Below the pieces are notes generated by a model that searched no databases, was not told the origin of the DNA, and saw nothing but the letters and a program-made list of their open reading frames with translations. 64,000 nt of DNA, from NCBI RefSeq assembly GCF_009914755.1, contig NC_060942.1; one strand, given 5' to 3'. The stretch's first letter is position 1; each line of letters opens with the position of its first letter. Made by a program: the position numbers and the translations under genes. Below are positions 1-14,400 of the stretch, piece after piece. The stretch comes from the human T2T-CHM13v2.0 reference genome, Homo sapiens.

Positions 1-59
1 GAATTGGTATTAATTCCTTTTTTATGAATAAAATTTTTTTAATTGCTTAATAATCTCAG

Positions 60-352
60 GTTTTATTTTAGGTTCAGTGGGTATGTGTGCAGCTCTGCTA
101 CCCGGACATATTGTGTGATGCTGAGGTTTGGGGTAGGATTGGTCCTGTCACCCAGGTACCAAGCACAGCACCCGACAGCACGTTTCCAGCCTTTGCCCCT
201 TCCCCCTCCCCACTGGCAGTCTGCAGTGTCTGCTGTTGCCATCTTTATGTCCATGAGCACCCAACGTTTAGCTCGCACTTACGAGTGAGAACATGCTGTA
301 TTTGGTCTTCTGTTTCTGCGTTAATTTGCTTAGGATAATAGCCTCCAGCTGC
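60..352 (-). mobile_element. L1 3'-end fragment (L1PA/L1PB-like)
   Basis: Antisense L1 3'UTR-like text (catctttatgtccatgagcacccaacgtttagctcgcacttacgagtgagaacatg...gataatagcctccagctgca). Subfamily not determined. Confidence 0.6.
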
Positions 353-913
353 AGAGGACAAGACATCGTTCTTTCTGTGGCTGTGGATATTCTCCTTTGA
401 CCCTTTGGCTGGATTCAGTGAAGCATCTGGCCCTGGGCTTTTCTTGTGGGTAGTTTGAGGGTTTCTGACTGAGTCTCTTCACTGATGATTAGTCTGTGCA
501 GATTCTGTTCCTTCCTCGTTTCTGTAGTTTGTTTTTCTGTGAATGGATCCATTTTACCTGTTACCTACTGTGACGGCGCACGATTATTCACAGTGCTGCT
601 TTATCACCCTTTTTATGTCTGTAAGAGCATGAATCACATCTCTGCTTTCACTTCTGATTCTAGTCAATGGAATTTTCTTTTTCTTCTGCTCAAACGAGCT
701 AAAGATTTGTTGATTTTGTTGATCTTTTCCAAGAACCAGCCTTTGGTTTCATTGGTTTCTCTATGGGTTTTGTCTTCTGTTTCATTAATTCCTGCTCTCA
801 TCTTTGTTATTTCCTTCCCCCACCTGCTTTAAGTTTTATTTACTTTTGTTTTCCCAGTTGTCTTAGGGTGGAGTGTGAGCTTATTAATTTGAGATCTTTC
901 TTCTTTCTTATAG

Positions 914-1373
<460 letters not shown>

Positions 1374-1694
1374 TAGGAATATGTTTAATTTCCACATATT
1401 TGTGAGGTTCCCAATTTTTCTCCTGTTATTAATTTCTAATATTCTATTGTGGATGGAGAGTATATTTGTATTATTTCTATCCTTTTAAATGTATTGAGGT
1501 TGGTTCTATGGCCTGGTATATGTCCTGTTCTGGAGTCTGTTCCGTGTGCACATTGAAAAAATGTATATTGAGTTGTCCGGTGCCATGTTCTACGGATGTC
1601 TGTGAGGTCCATTTGGCTTATGGTGGTGTTCACACCTTCTGTTTCCTTGACTCTCCTGTGTACTTGTTCTACCCATTATTGAAAGTGCAGTATT

Positions 1695-1951
<257 letters not shown>

Positions 1952-2214
1952 TTATTGCTGTATTATTGGTGCATACATTTTACTTGTTATATCTTCTTGA
2001 TGGATTGACCTGTTGATCATTACATATTATCTCTAATAATATTTTTTGTTTTAACGTCTACTTTGTCTATTAGTACAGTCATTCCAGCTTTCCTGTGGTT
2101 GCTGTTTGGATGATATATCTTTTCCTATCTTGTTACATTGTATCTATTTCTGTATTTGAATCTAAAGTGTGTCTCCTGTAGACAACATATAGTTCAACTA
2201 TTTTTTAAAACCCA

Positions 2215-5200
2215 GTCTGCCTTTTGATTGGGTTGTTCACTCCATTCACATCTAATGGTACAATTGATATAGTTGGGTCTGTGTCTGCTTTTAATTGGGT
2301 TGTTCAAGCCATTCATAACAATTGATATAGTTGGGTCTGTGGCCGCTTTTGACTGGGTTGTTCACTCCATTCACAGCTAATGTTACGATTGGTATAGTTG
2401 GGTCTGTGTCTGCTTTTGATGGGGTTGTTCACACCATTGATAACGATTTGATATAGTTGGGTCTGTGTCTGCTTTTGATTGGGTTGTTCACTCCATTCAA
2501 AATGATTGATATAGTTGGGTCTGTGTCTGCTTTTCATTGGGTTGTTCATGCCATTAATAACGATTGATATAGTTGGGTCTGTGTCTGCTTTTGATTGGGT
2601 TCTTCACTCCATTCACGTCTAATGTTACAATTGATATAGTTGGGTCTGTCTGCTTTTGATTGGGTTGTTCACTCCATTCACATCTAATGTTACGATTGAT
2701 ATAGTTGGGTCTGTGTCTGCTTTTGATTGGGTTGTTCACTCCATTCACATCTAATGTTACAATTGATATAGTTGGGTCTGTGTCTGCTTTTGATTGGGTT
2801 GTTCACTCCATTCACATCTAATATTATGATTCATATAGTTGGGTCTCTGCTTTTAATTGGATTGTTCACGCCATTCACATCTAATGTTATGATTGATATA
2901 GTTGGCTCCGTGTCCGCTTTTGATTGGGTTCTTCACTCCATTCACATCTAATGGTACGATTGATATAGCTGGGTCTGTGTCTGCTTTGGATTGGGTTGTT
3001 CATGCCATTCATAACGATTGAGATAGTTGGGTCTGTGTCTGCTTTTGACTGGGTTGTTCACTCCATTCACATCTAATATTACGATTAATATCGTTGGGTC
3101 TGTGTCTGCTTTTGATTGGGTTCTTCACTCCATTGTTAACAATTCATATAGTTGGGTCTGTGTCTGCTTTTGATTGGGTTGTTCACTCCATTCATATCTA
3201 ATGTTATGATCGATATAGTTGGGTCTGTGTCTGCTTTTGATTGCGTTCTTCACTCCATGCACATCTAATGGTTCGATTGATATAGCTGGGTCTGCGTCTC
3301 CTTTGATTGGGTTGTTCACTGCATTCACATGTAATTGATATAGCTGGATATGTGTCTGCTTTTTATTGGGTTGTTCACTCCATTCAAATCTAATGGTTCG
3401 ATTGATATAGCTGGGTCTTGTGTCTGCTTTTGATTGGGTTGTTCACTCCATTCACATCTAATGGTACAATTGATATAGTTGGGTCTGTGTCTGCTTTTGA
3501 TTGGGTTGTTCCCTCCGTTCATAACGATTGAAATAGTTGGGTCTGTGTCTGCCTTTGATTGGGTTGTTCATGCCATTAATAACGATATAGTTGGGTCTGT
3601 ATCTGCTTTTGATTGGGTTCTTCACTCCATTCGCATCTAATGTTAACGATTAATATAGTTGGGTCTGTGTCTGCTTTTGATTGGGTTCTTCACTCCATTC
3701 ACATCTAATGTTAACGATTAATATAGTTGGGTCTGTGTCTGCTTTTGATTGGTTTCTTCACTCCATTCACATCTAATGTTAACGATTAATATAGTTGGGT
3801 CCATGTCTGCTTTTGATTGGGTTGTTCACGCCATTCATAATGATTGATATAGCTGGGTCTGTGTCTCCTTTTGATTGGGTTGTTCACACCATTCACATCT
3901 AATGTTATGACTGATATAGTTGGGTCTGTGTCTGCTTTTGATTGAGTTCTTCACTCCATTCACATCTAATGGTTCAATTGATATAGCTGGGTCTGCGTCT
4001 CGTTCGATTAGGTTGTTCACTCCATTCACATCTAATAGTACGATTGATATAGTTGGGTCTGTGTCTGCTTTTGATTGGGTTGTTGACTCCATTCACATCT
4101 AATGTTACGATTGATATAGTTGGGTCTGCGTCTGCTTTTGATTGGGTTCTTCACTCCATTCATAACGATTGATATAGTTGGGTCTGTGTCTGCCTTTGAT
4201 TGGGTTGTTCATGCCATTAATAACGATATAGTTGGATCTGTGTCTGCTTTTGATTGGGTTCTTCACTCCATTCACATCTAATGTTACGATTGATATAATT
4301 GGGTCTGTGTCTGCTTTTGATTGGGTTGTTCACTCCATTCATAACGATTGATATAGTTGGGTCTGTGTCTGCTTTTGATTGGGTTGTTCATGCCATTAAT
4401 TACGATTGATATAGTCGGGTCTGTGTCTGCTTTTGATTGGGTTCTTCACTCCATTCACTTCTAATGTTACAATTGATATAGTTGGGTCTGTGTCTGCTTT
4501 TGATTGGGTTGTTCACTCCATTCATAACGATTGATATAGTTGGGTCTGTGTCTGCTTTTGATTGGGTTGTTCACTCCATTCACATCTAATGTTACGATTG
4601 ATATAGTGGGGTCTGTGTTTGCTTTTGATTGGGTTGTTCACTCCATTCACATCTAATGTTACGATTGATATAGTGGGGTCTGTGTTTGCTTTTGATTGGG
4701 TTGTTCACTCCATTCACATCTAATGTTATGATTGATATAGTTGGGTCTGTGTCTGCTTTTGATTGGGTTGTTCACTCCATTCACATCTAATGTTACGATT
4801 GATATAGTGGGGTCTGTGTATGCTTTTGATTGGGTTGTTCACTCCATTCACATCTAATGGTACGATTGATATAGTTGGGTCTGTGTCTGCTTTTGATTGG
4901 GTTGTTCACTCCATTCACATCTAATGTTACGATTGATATAGTGGGGTCTCTGTCTGCTTTAGATTGGGTTGTTCACTCCATTCACATCTAGTGTTACGAT
5001 TGATATAGTTAGGTCTCTGTCTGCTTTTGATTGGGTTGTTCACACCATTCATAATGATTGATATAGCTGCGTCTGTGTCTGCTTTTGATTGGGTTGTTCA
5101 CTCCATTCACATCTAATGGTACAATTGATATAGTTGGGTCTGTGTCTGCTTTTGATTGGGTTGTTCACTCCATTCATAACGATTTATATAGTTGGGTCTG

Positions 5201-5822
5201 TGTCTGCTTTTGATTGGGTTGTTCATGCCGTTAGTAACGATTTATATAGTTGGGTCTGTTTCTGCTTTTGATTGGATTGTTCACTCCATTCACATTTAAT
5301 GTTACAATTCATATAGTTGAGTCTGTGTCTGCTTTTGATTGGATTGTTCACTCCATTCATAATGATTGATATAGTTGGGTCTGTGTCTTCTTTTGATTGC
5401 ATTGTTCACTCCATTCATAACGATTGATATAGTTGGGTCTGTGTCTGCCTTTGATTGGGTTGTTCATGCCATTAATAACGATTGATATAGTTGGGTTTGT
5501 GTCTGCTTTTGATTGTTCACTTCATTCACATCTAATGTTATGATTGATATAGTTGGGTCTGTGTCTGCTTTTGATCGGGTTCTTCATTCTTAACGATTGA
5601 TATAGTTGAGTCTGTGTCTGCTATTGATTGGGTTGTTCACTCCATTCACATCTAATGTTACGATTGATATAGTTGAGTCTGTGTCTGCTTTTGATTGGGT
5701 TGTTCACTCCATTCCCATCTAATGTTATGATTTATATAGTTGGATCTGTGTCTGCTTTTCATTGGGTTGTTCACTCCATTCACATCTACTGTTTTGATTG
5801 ATATAGTTGGGTCTGTGTCTGC
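2215..5822. repeat. Large minisatellite/VNTR of interspersed 67-bp and 58-bp units (~55 copies), L1-derived
   Basis: Long unit cttttgattgggttgttcactccattcacatctaatgttacgattgatatagttgggtctgtgtctg. The short unit has ta in place of catctaatgtt. Confidence 0.97.
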
Positions 5823-7700
<1,878 letters not shown>

Positions 7701-8959
7701 GGGCCTGTTATTCACTGGTTTAGTCTTTGGTGACTGGCTGGCTTACTGTTGTGATGCCTGTGTGCCCCTCTTCCTCCCCAGCAACAGTCTCGGTGTCGAA
7801 GCACCAGTGTGCCACCGTCACCCTGGGATGACAGGGCTTGGGGAGCAACCTCTTCTCTGTCTCACTGACCACACCCAGTAGTTAAACTCCTAGCAGCCAG
7901 CTGAAAGCTCTGTTATTCCTTTACAACCTGCTCATATCGCAGCTCCTTCTCATTGCTTTCTGAGAGTGCCTGACATTGCTCTGACCCCAGGAGGGCTCCT
8001 GCCAGCTGTCTTCTCCCCTCATTCCCCGGCACCTTAGCCAGCGTGCAGTCTAGGCTACGTGGTCAGCACACGCATGAATCCTAATTCCCTTCACCACCAC
8101 CTCCAATAGCGTTGAGAGTGCCCTTCGGTGTAAACTTCTTCATGTTCCATTGCAAAGGAAGTCAGTTCCTTTGAGAAGAGATTACTTCCTTCATCTCCCT
8201 CCAGGCAGGAATCTCTGAGCCAGGGATTTGGGGGATGGGGACAGCTGCGAGCCTCAGTGTGAATGACACCCTCCCTCTCTAGGAGCTGAGAGCTTGATAG
8301 CACCCTGAGACCCCATTGGCCTCTCCTGGCCTGGAATCACTGCAGCAAGGGCAGTCAGGCCCTGCCTTCTCAGTGTGCCACACCCAAGGCCAGCCTCCCA
8401 CCCACGAGAGTGGGGACTGGGCAGGAGGAGGGAGCCCCACCCCTCCACCGGACTCCCCAAGGACGTAGCCCCAGGAGCTGAGGGCGGAATGTGAGATGCT
8501 GATGTCAGCCCTTTCTAGGGAAGAAGCCCTCCTGACTGGGAGCTGTGGGTGGGGTGGAGGTGGGGGTGGGGGTCTGTGTCCGTGGCTGCAGCCATTCCAC
8601 GTGGCGTCTCCCCCTGGCCAAGCTGAGAAGGAGGATGCAGTCTTGACACAGATACCACAAATGCTCACCTTTCTTCCAGAATTTTCACATATAAATAGAT
8701 GTTTCTTCGTTTGCTGTTTGCTCTTAAGACCATTTCCCAAGGCTTTAAAAGGTCAGGGGTTTTAACATTATTTTCACCAGTTTCCTGGGTCAGCTAAGCG
8801 CATCCGCTCTCAAGCCCGAAGTGATCACCATGAAATCTTGCTGGTTTTCTGGGTTTTTCCAACAGGAACTGGGCCTGTCAATATCCCCTGCACCCGCTTC
8901 CGTGGGTTGGGGCGGGAAGGGTGGCCTGGGGGACGCCTCTGGTCCTGGGAAAGGAAGGG

Positions 8960-9960
8960 CAAGGCGCCCCCGGCCCTCCAAGAGGCCTGCGCCCCCAACC
9001 CCGTGTCCCCTCTCCCCGCAGGGCGAGTGCTCCCCCAAGTGCCGCAGCCTGTTCGTGCTGGAGACCGTGTGCGTGGCCTGGTTCTCCTTCGAGTTCCTGC
9101 TGCGCTCCCTGCAGGCCGAGAGCAAGTGCGCCTTCCTGCGCGCGCCACTCAACATCATTGACATCCTGGCGCTCCTGCCGTTCTACGTGTCGCTGCTGCT
9201 GGGGCTGGCGGCAGGCCCGGGCGGGACCAAGCTCCTGGAGCGCGCGGGGCTGGTGCTGCGGCTGCTGCGTGCGCTGCGCGTGCTCTACGTGATGCGCCTG
9301 GCGCGCCACTCGCTGGGGCTGCGTTCGCTGGGCCTGACCATGCGCCGCTGCGCGCGCGAGTTCGGGCTGCTGCTGCTGTTCCTCTGCGTGGCCATGGCGC
9401 TCTTCGCGCCACTGGTGCACCTGGCCGAGCGCGAGCTGGGCGCGCGCCGCGACTTCTCCAGCGTGCCCGCCAGCTATTGGTGGGCCGTCATCTCCATGAC
9501 CACCGTGGGCTACGGCGACATGGTCCCGCGCAGCCTGCCCGGGCAGGTGGTGGCGCTCAGCAGCATCCTCAGCGGCATCCTGCTCATGGCCTTCCCGGTC
9601 ACCTCCATCTTCCACACCTTTTCGCGCTCCTACTCCGAGCTCAAGGAGCAGCAGCAGCGCGCGGCCAGCCCCGAGCCGGCCCTGCAGGAGGACAGCACGC
9701 ACTCGGCCACAGCCACCGAGGACAGCTCGCAGGGCCCCGACAGCGCGGGCCTGGCCGACGACTCCGCGGATGCGCTGTGGGTGCGGGCAGGGCGCTGACG
9801 CCTGCGCCGCCCACACGGAGACCCCCTGCCCCCTCCAGCTGCAGCGTCGGGACCCCCGAGGTGCGCCAAGGGGTGGGGGGCGTCTGGCCTGGGGGAGCGG
9901 CTCCTGCCGGCCGCGTCCTCGGCCCTCGTGCGTGAGCAGCCCCAGAACTTGGCGGGGCCC
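8960..9960. promoter_or_regulatory. Intragenic CpG island over the KCNG2 last exon
   Basis: Very high GC and dense CpG (gcgcgc, cgcggg) by eye; not computed. Confidence 0.8.
9022..9798 (+). CDS. KCNG2: KCNG2 (Kv6.2 silent voltage-gated K+ channel subunit), terminal coding exon: S1-S2 loop end, S2-S6, pore and C-terminus
   Basis: Acceptor tcccctctccccgcag|GGC (phase 0). Translation GECSPKCRSLFVLE..., S4 LRLLRALRVLYVMRLARH, selectivity filter TTVGYGD, S6 AFPVTSIF (Kv6-type PxT), stop TGA 9796-9798. Upstream exons lie outside the window. Confidence 0.96.
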   Translation, partial: GECSPKCRSLFVLETVCVAWFSFEFLLRSLQAESKCAFLRAPLNIIDILALLPFYVSLLLGLAAGPGGTKLLERAGLVLRLLRALRVLYVMRLARHSLGLRSLGLTMRRCAREFGLLLLFLCVAMALFAPLVHLAERELGARRDFSSVPASYWWAVISMTTVGYGDMVPRSLPGQVVALSSILSGILLMAFPVTSIFHTFSRSYSELKEQQQRAASPEPALQEDSTHSATATEDSSQGPDSAGLADDSADALWVRAGR

Positions 9961-10058
9961 TGCCTGACTCCCCGTGGCAGCGCTGGGCAAAGTCACTGGC
10001 CTTTGTCCTCCTGCCCCACCCCTTTCCTTGGATTTTTAATTTTCTACGCCTAGCTAAA

Positions 10059-10064
10059 AATAAA
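10059..10064 (+). terminator. KCNG2: Likely KCNG2 poly(A) signal AATAAA (proximal)
   Basis: First AATAAA after the stop, preceded by a U-rich stretch (gatttttaattttc). Confidence 0.65.
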
Positions 10065-11113
10065 TTTAGTAAGTCCGAGAGATTCCACGCCTGCTGTGGA
10101 TGACTTCATCCCCCTGCCTCCAGCCAGGGAGGAGGGAGCACGGCCCCTGCCAAGCCCCCATGGCATCCGGAATGGGCAGGTCCCTGCAGAAGGAGGCCCT
10201 CCGCATCCACCTCTGCCCAAGGCCACATCACCTTCCCAGGGATGGGACAGAGGTTTGAGCCAATGCTCACAGCACCCCCAGTGCCACCGCAGTAACCGCC
10301 CTTTCGGGGGTCGGGGAAGAGGGTTCCAGCCCTGACCTCTAACCTCCATCCCCTGACACCACCTCCCTAGGGAATCTTCAAGGCTTGACCTCCGGGAGGG
10401 TGACAAGGGCCTCCTGACACTCCCTCTGCACAAGGTTGCGTGTGGCATTGCAACCCCTCCATGGCCTTGTTCTTCTGGGATCCTCCTGTCCCAGAACATG
10501 GCCTTGTTCTTCTGGAAGGAACTTTCGACATCGCGCTGCTCTATGCTTCATTTTAATGAGTTCATCCAGGAAACCTGAGACATGGTGGCCGCAGCCCGAA
10601 GCAGGAGGGGGACACCTCACCAGAGGGTCCCACTGTCCATTACACGGCAGCAGGAGTCTGTAGGGGACGCAGGTGTGGAGAAAGGGCAGGAGACGTGCAT
10701 GGCCCCGGTGAGTGGCTGAGTGCAAGCCCCAGCCCCTTCTCCATGGCAGGCAACAGCCCACCGGGACCACCTGGGGCTCAGACCTGCCTCCCCCGACAGG
10801 CAGGTCAGCTGGTGCCCCAGGTGCCCACGACATGGCTGGGTCCGGGGACGCCAGGCACACAGCGCGGGGGAGGGTCTGGGAACTGGCTGTGCACTGAGGG
10901 CTTCCCTCTAACAGTGACAGCCTTGGGTGTCGCTCAGGAATGAGCAGAGCTTGCTACCGGTCTGAGAGGCCCGTGCAGGACAGCCCGAGGGGCCACACGC
11001 CGAGGCCGGTGCCCCCCACCCTCTGCTGCTTGTCCCAGCGTTGCTGGTGACCCCCAGAGACAGAAGGATTCCTCCTGTGTGGTGAGGTGCTGACCACCAC
11101 GAAGACCCCCAGA

Positions 11114-11119
11114 AATAAA
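11114..11119 (+). terminator. Candidate distal KCNG2 poly(A) signal AATAAA
   Basis: agAAATAAAcacaagttgttcttcc, followed by GU/U-containing sequence. Confidence 0.35.
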
Positions 11120-12399
11120 CACAAGTTGTTCTTCCTCGGAGGGTCAGGTCAAAGGTGAGGGCCAGGTCAGAGGTGGGGAATGACGGGGGATAGGAGGTCT
11201 CGGACCTGCCCCTCCCCACCCTGGGCTGCAGGGTCTGGTGGGGGAATCCCAGAGCCCTCCAGGACCAGGGCCCACCAGAGACCACCCTGGGTCACCAGGA
11301 TGGGGGTGCCAGGCAGTTGTGCTGAGACTGGGGTGGGGGTACATTTCCTCCTGAGCAAGCGGCCCACCCAGCCCCTGGGCATCCTTTTCACTCTACAGGT
11401 GCCCAGTGGGCCGCTCTCACACAAGCCCCTGGGAAGGGCACAGGGCTGGGGCTCAGGGCAGGTCTCAGTTTCCTCATGGGGTGAGGGGAATGTGAACTTC
11501 CCAGGCTCTCACAACCCGCTCTCTCCCACGGAGGGGCCCTCACTGGGAGCCCTCCTCGGCCTCCTGCTTCCTTGGTGCTTCTTTGTTGCTTAAAACCATC
11601 AGAAGGCATCACAGGGTGGCAGTGACCTGAGAGTTCAGAAACGCAGCTATTTCCACCGCTGCCCCCACCTGCCACGGCCCCTGCAGTGCGGGGCTGAGAC
11701 CTTGCTCCCATTTCCTGTTAAAACCCAGAGTGGTCCCCAAGAACCGCCTGTCTCCACACCCTGAAGACACACAACCCCATCCCTGCGCTAGATCTCGGGT
11801 TCATCTGGCACCGCCCGCCAGCACTTGAGGAGGGCGATTTGCATCTGAGACGTTCCAGACACGCTAGCCTTCATCATCTCGTCTTCCCCCAGGCTGCTGC
11901 CTGGACGTGGCCTGTGCCCTCTCCTAGTACCCAGATGGGCCCTTCAACCCAAATCCTGCCCTGCACCCACACACCTGGTTTTTTACTGGACAAAGAAACA
12001 TCTTGCCTTCAATGTAAACTGCACAGAAAAAATCGCTATGCACACACAGCTCCATCTGTATGTGCTGCTCCAAGATCGCAAATCTGGAAACACTTCTCTT
12101 GGCCTTTACAGGAGACCCTTCCCATGCTCTAAGCCTTCGGTGGTGGGAGGCAGAAGGGCGGATGTGGCCAGGGCAGCTAGAGGCAGTGCCAGACCCGTCT
12201 GTGAGGAGCCAAAAGGACCCCCGGGCTGCCGGCCCACAGGCACAGGCCAGTGACAGGTCGAGGGGGCTGGGCTGTTGTTTGGGGCCCTGGAGGAACCCAG
12301 GTCACACAGGGGCCTTCTAAGGTGGCCCAGGCTACAAGGGTGTGTCTGGGCAGAGGCCAGGACCACAGCCAGATCCTTCCCTCTGCCCAAGGCCAACTC

Positions 12400-13955
12400 A
12401 GGATCCACAAATGGTTTATTGATTCCAAGTCGCCACACAGGGTACATTCAGCAGTCACTGCGCCTGCAGTCGGCGACAGTTTAATGTGAGGCAATTACCG
12501 CTACAGACATCTTGCTTCATCTTAAAAAAATAAAAATTTTCAAAGCATCTCACAGGCCAAAGAGCTAAGCAGGACCCTCACTCAGACATTCAAGAGTGTT
12601 TCCGAGGAAAACTCGAGGAGGAGGCAGCGTGGAACATCTTCCCATGGCCACGGCCCCGGCACAGAGCTCAGATGCCTGCGGGAAGCGGCCCCTCCACCTG
12701 CGGAAGGGAAGACGATGCCTGTTGGAGCCGCACGGAAGCATCCAGAACTCTGAGGCCTGGGGGCCGGCTGCGGTCAGTGCAAGGCTGCTGACATGGTGTG
12801 ACCTCTTGCAACGGGGTGGGGGCAGAGCGTGCGGTGACAAGGGTCAGACTGGCGGCTCCCACTGCAGCCAGAAGTGAGGGAGCCAGCACACGGGGGTGGG
12901 CAGTGGACAGGACAGGATGCGGCAGGCCCCAGTACCCCCCACTCAGGAATTTGCTTCAGGCCAAAAGCCCAGGGCAGCAGGGTAAGGCGCCATCGGCCAG
13001 GACCTGCACGGCAGGGGCAGCCCCCTCCACTCCCTGGACCCGAGACCGTCTCTCTCCTGGAAGATGGACATCAAAACTGCATCCGGAGGTGCAGTCTGCA
13101 CCCAGAAGGAAGGGGATCTCCGCCAGCAGAGCCCAAGAGTGGCGTGCAGACTGCATGTGCACAGCCTCAGCCCGGCCCCCTCAGCCATTGCCCATGAGGG
13201 CCTCCACGTTGTCTGATGGTCGCTGGCATCTGCCACGTCCCCAAGGACTCGAGGAGAACCAGAGGCTGACAAGAGCAGCATGAGCTAGCCCTGGCGATGC
13301 TCAGCCGGGCTGGACACAGCGGATCCACAAGGCGTTCAGGCCTCGCAGCCACTCCAAAGGCCCAGGAAACACCGACTGTCAGAAAACCCGGAGCACGGTG
13401 ACCCTGCGTCCGCACAGCCGCCTTTCCGTGTGTACCAGGCAGAGAAAGCCCCAGCCCTCCCCCGTGCCAGACCCCTGGGTAGCAGAGGCCACCCCAGTCC
13501 AAGCAGGGTGTCTGGCCAGGGTGTCACGGGGTCGAGGGCTCCGCTCACAGGCCTTACAGGGTCTCCTGCGGTCACCCCAGCTTCAAGGTTCGCGGCTGCT
13601 GGCCCGTGTGTCCACCTGGAGCAGGTTCCTGCAGGCCGCCCAATGTGTACCTTGGGCTCAGACGGTGTTTCATAAGAGGAAATGGGGAAAACACTTGCTT
13701 TTTATGTCATCCTAAAAACATCCAAAACCCTCGGGGCCAGATCAACCCTGGCTGTCCCCGCTGAGCACAAACAGCGTCCCAGCCCCACCCCCACTGCCCA
13801 CCCTGAGACACCCCACAGAGGCTGATGGAGACCCCAATGCCCATGCCCCATCTCTGCCACACCTGCAGGGGCCACGGCACCCACCCTCCCCGCGGGGAGG
13901 TCAGGGCCCACCAGTGCCCGCGGCTGGCGGTCCCACATCCTCGTCCTCCCCACTG
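12400..13955 (-). other. SLC66A2: SLC66A2 3' UTR (~1.55 kb)
   Basis: Repeat-free sequence between the stop codon (13956-13958) and the poly(A) signal. Confidence 0.75.
12415..12420 (-). terminator. SLC66A2: SLC66A2/PQLC1 poly(A) signal (AATAAA on -), cleavage expected near 12395-12402
   Basis: + strand tttatt at 12415-12420, the first canonical hexamer I found downstream of the stop on the - strand. Confidence 0.75.

Positions 13956-14400
<445 letters not shown>

Noticed and set aside
2215-5822. CRISPR-like appearance of this and the 29.5-31.3 kb array
   Set aside because: Units are contiguous with no unique spacers, there are no cas genes, and the context is primate. These are minisatellites.
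8821-9021. N-terminal 67 aa of the 325-aa ORF as the true KCNG2 N-terminus
   Set aside because: Lies upstream of a canonical acceptor and lacks T1/S1. Treated as intron and kept only as a candidate alternative acceptor.
8878-9996. 372-aa minus-strand ORF
   Set aside because: Antisense shadow of the GC-rich KCNG2 exon; no recognisable domain.
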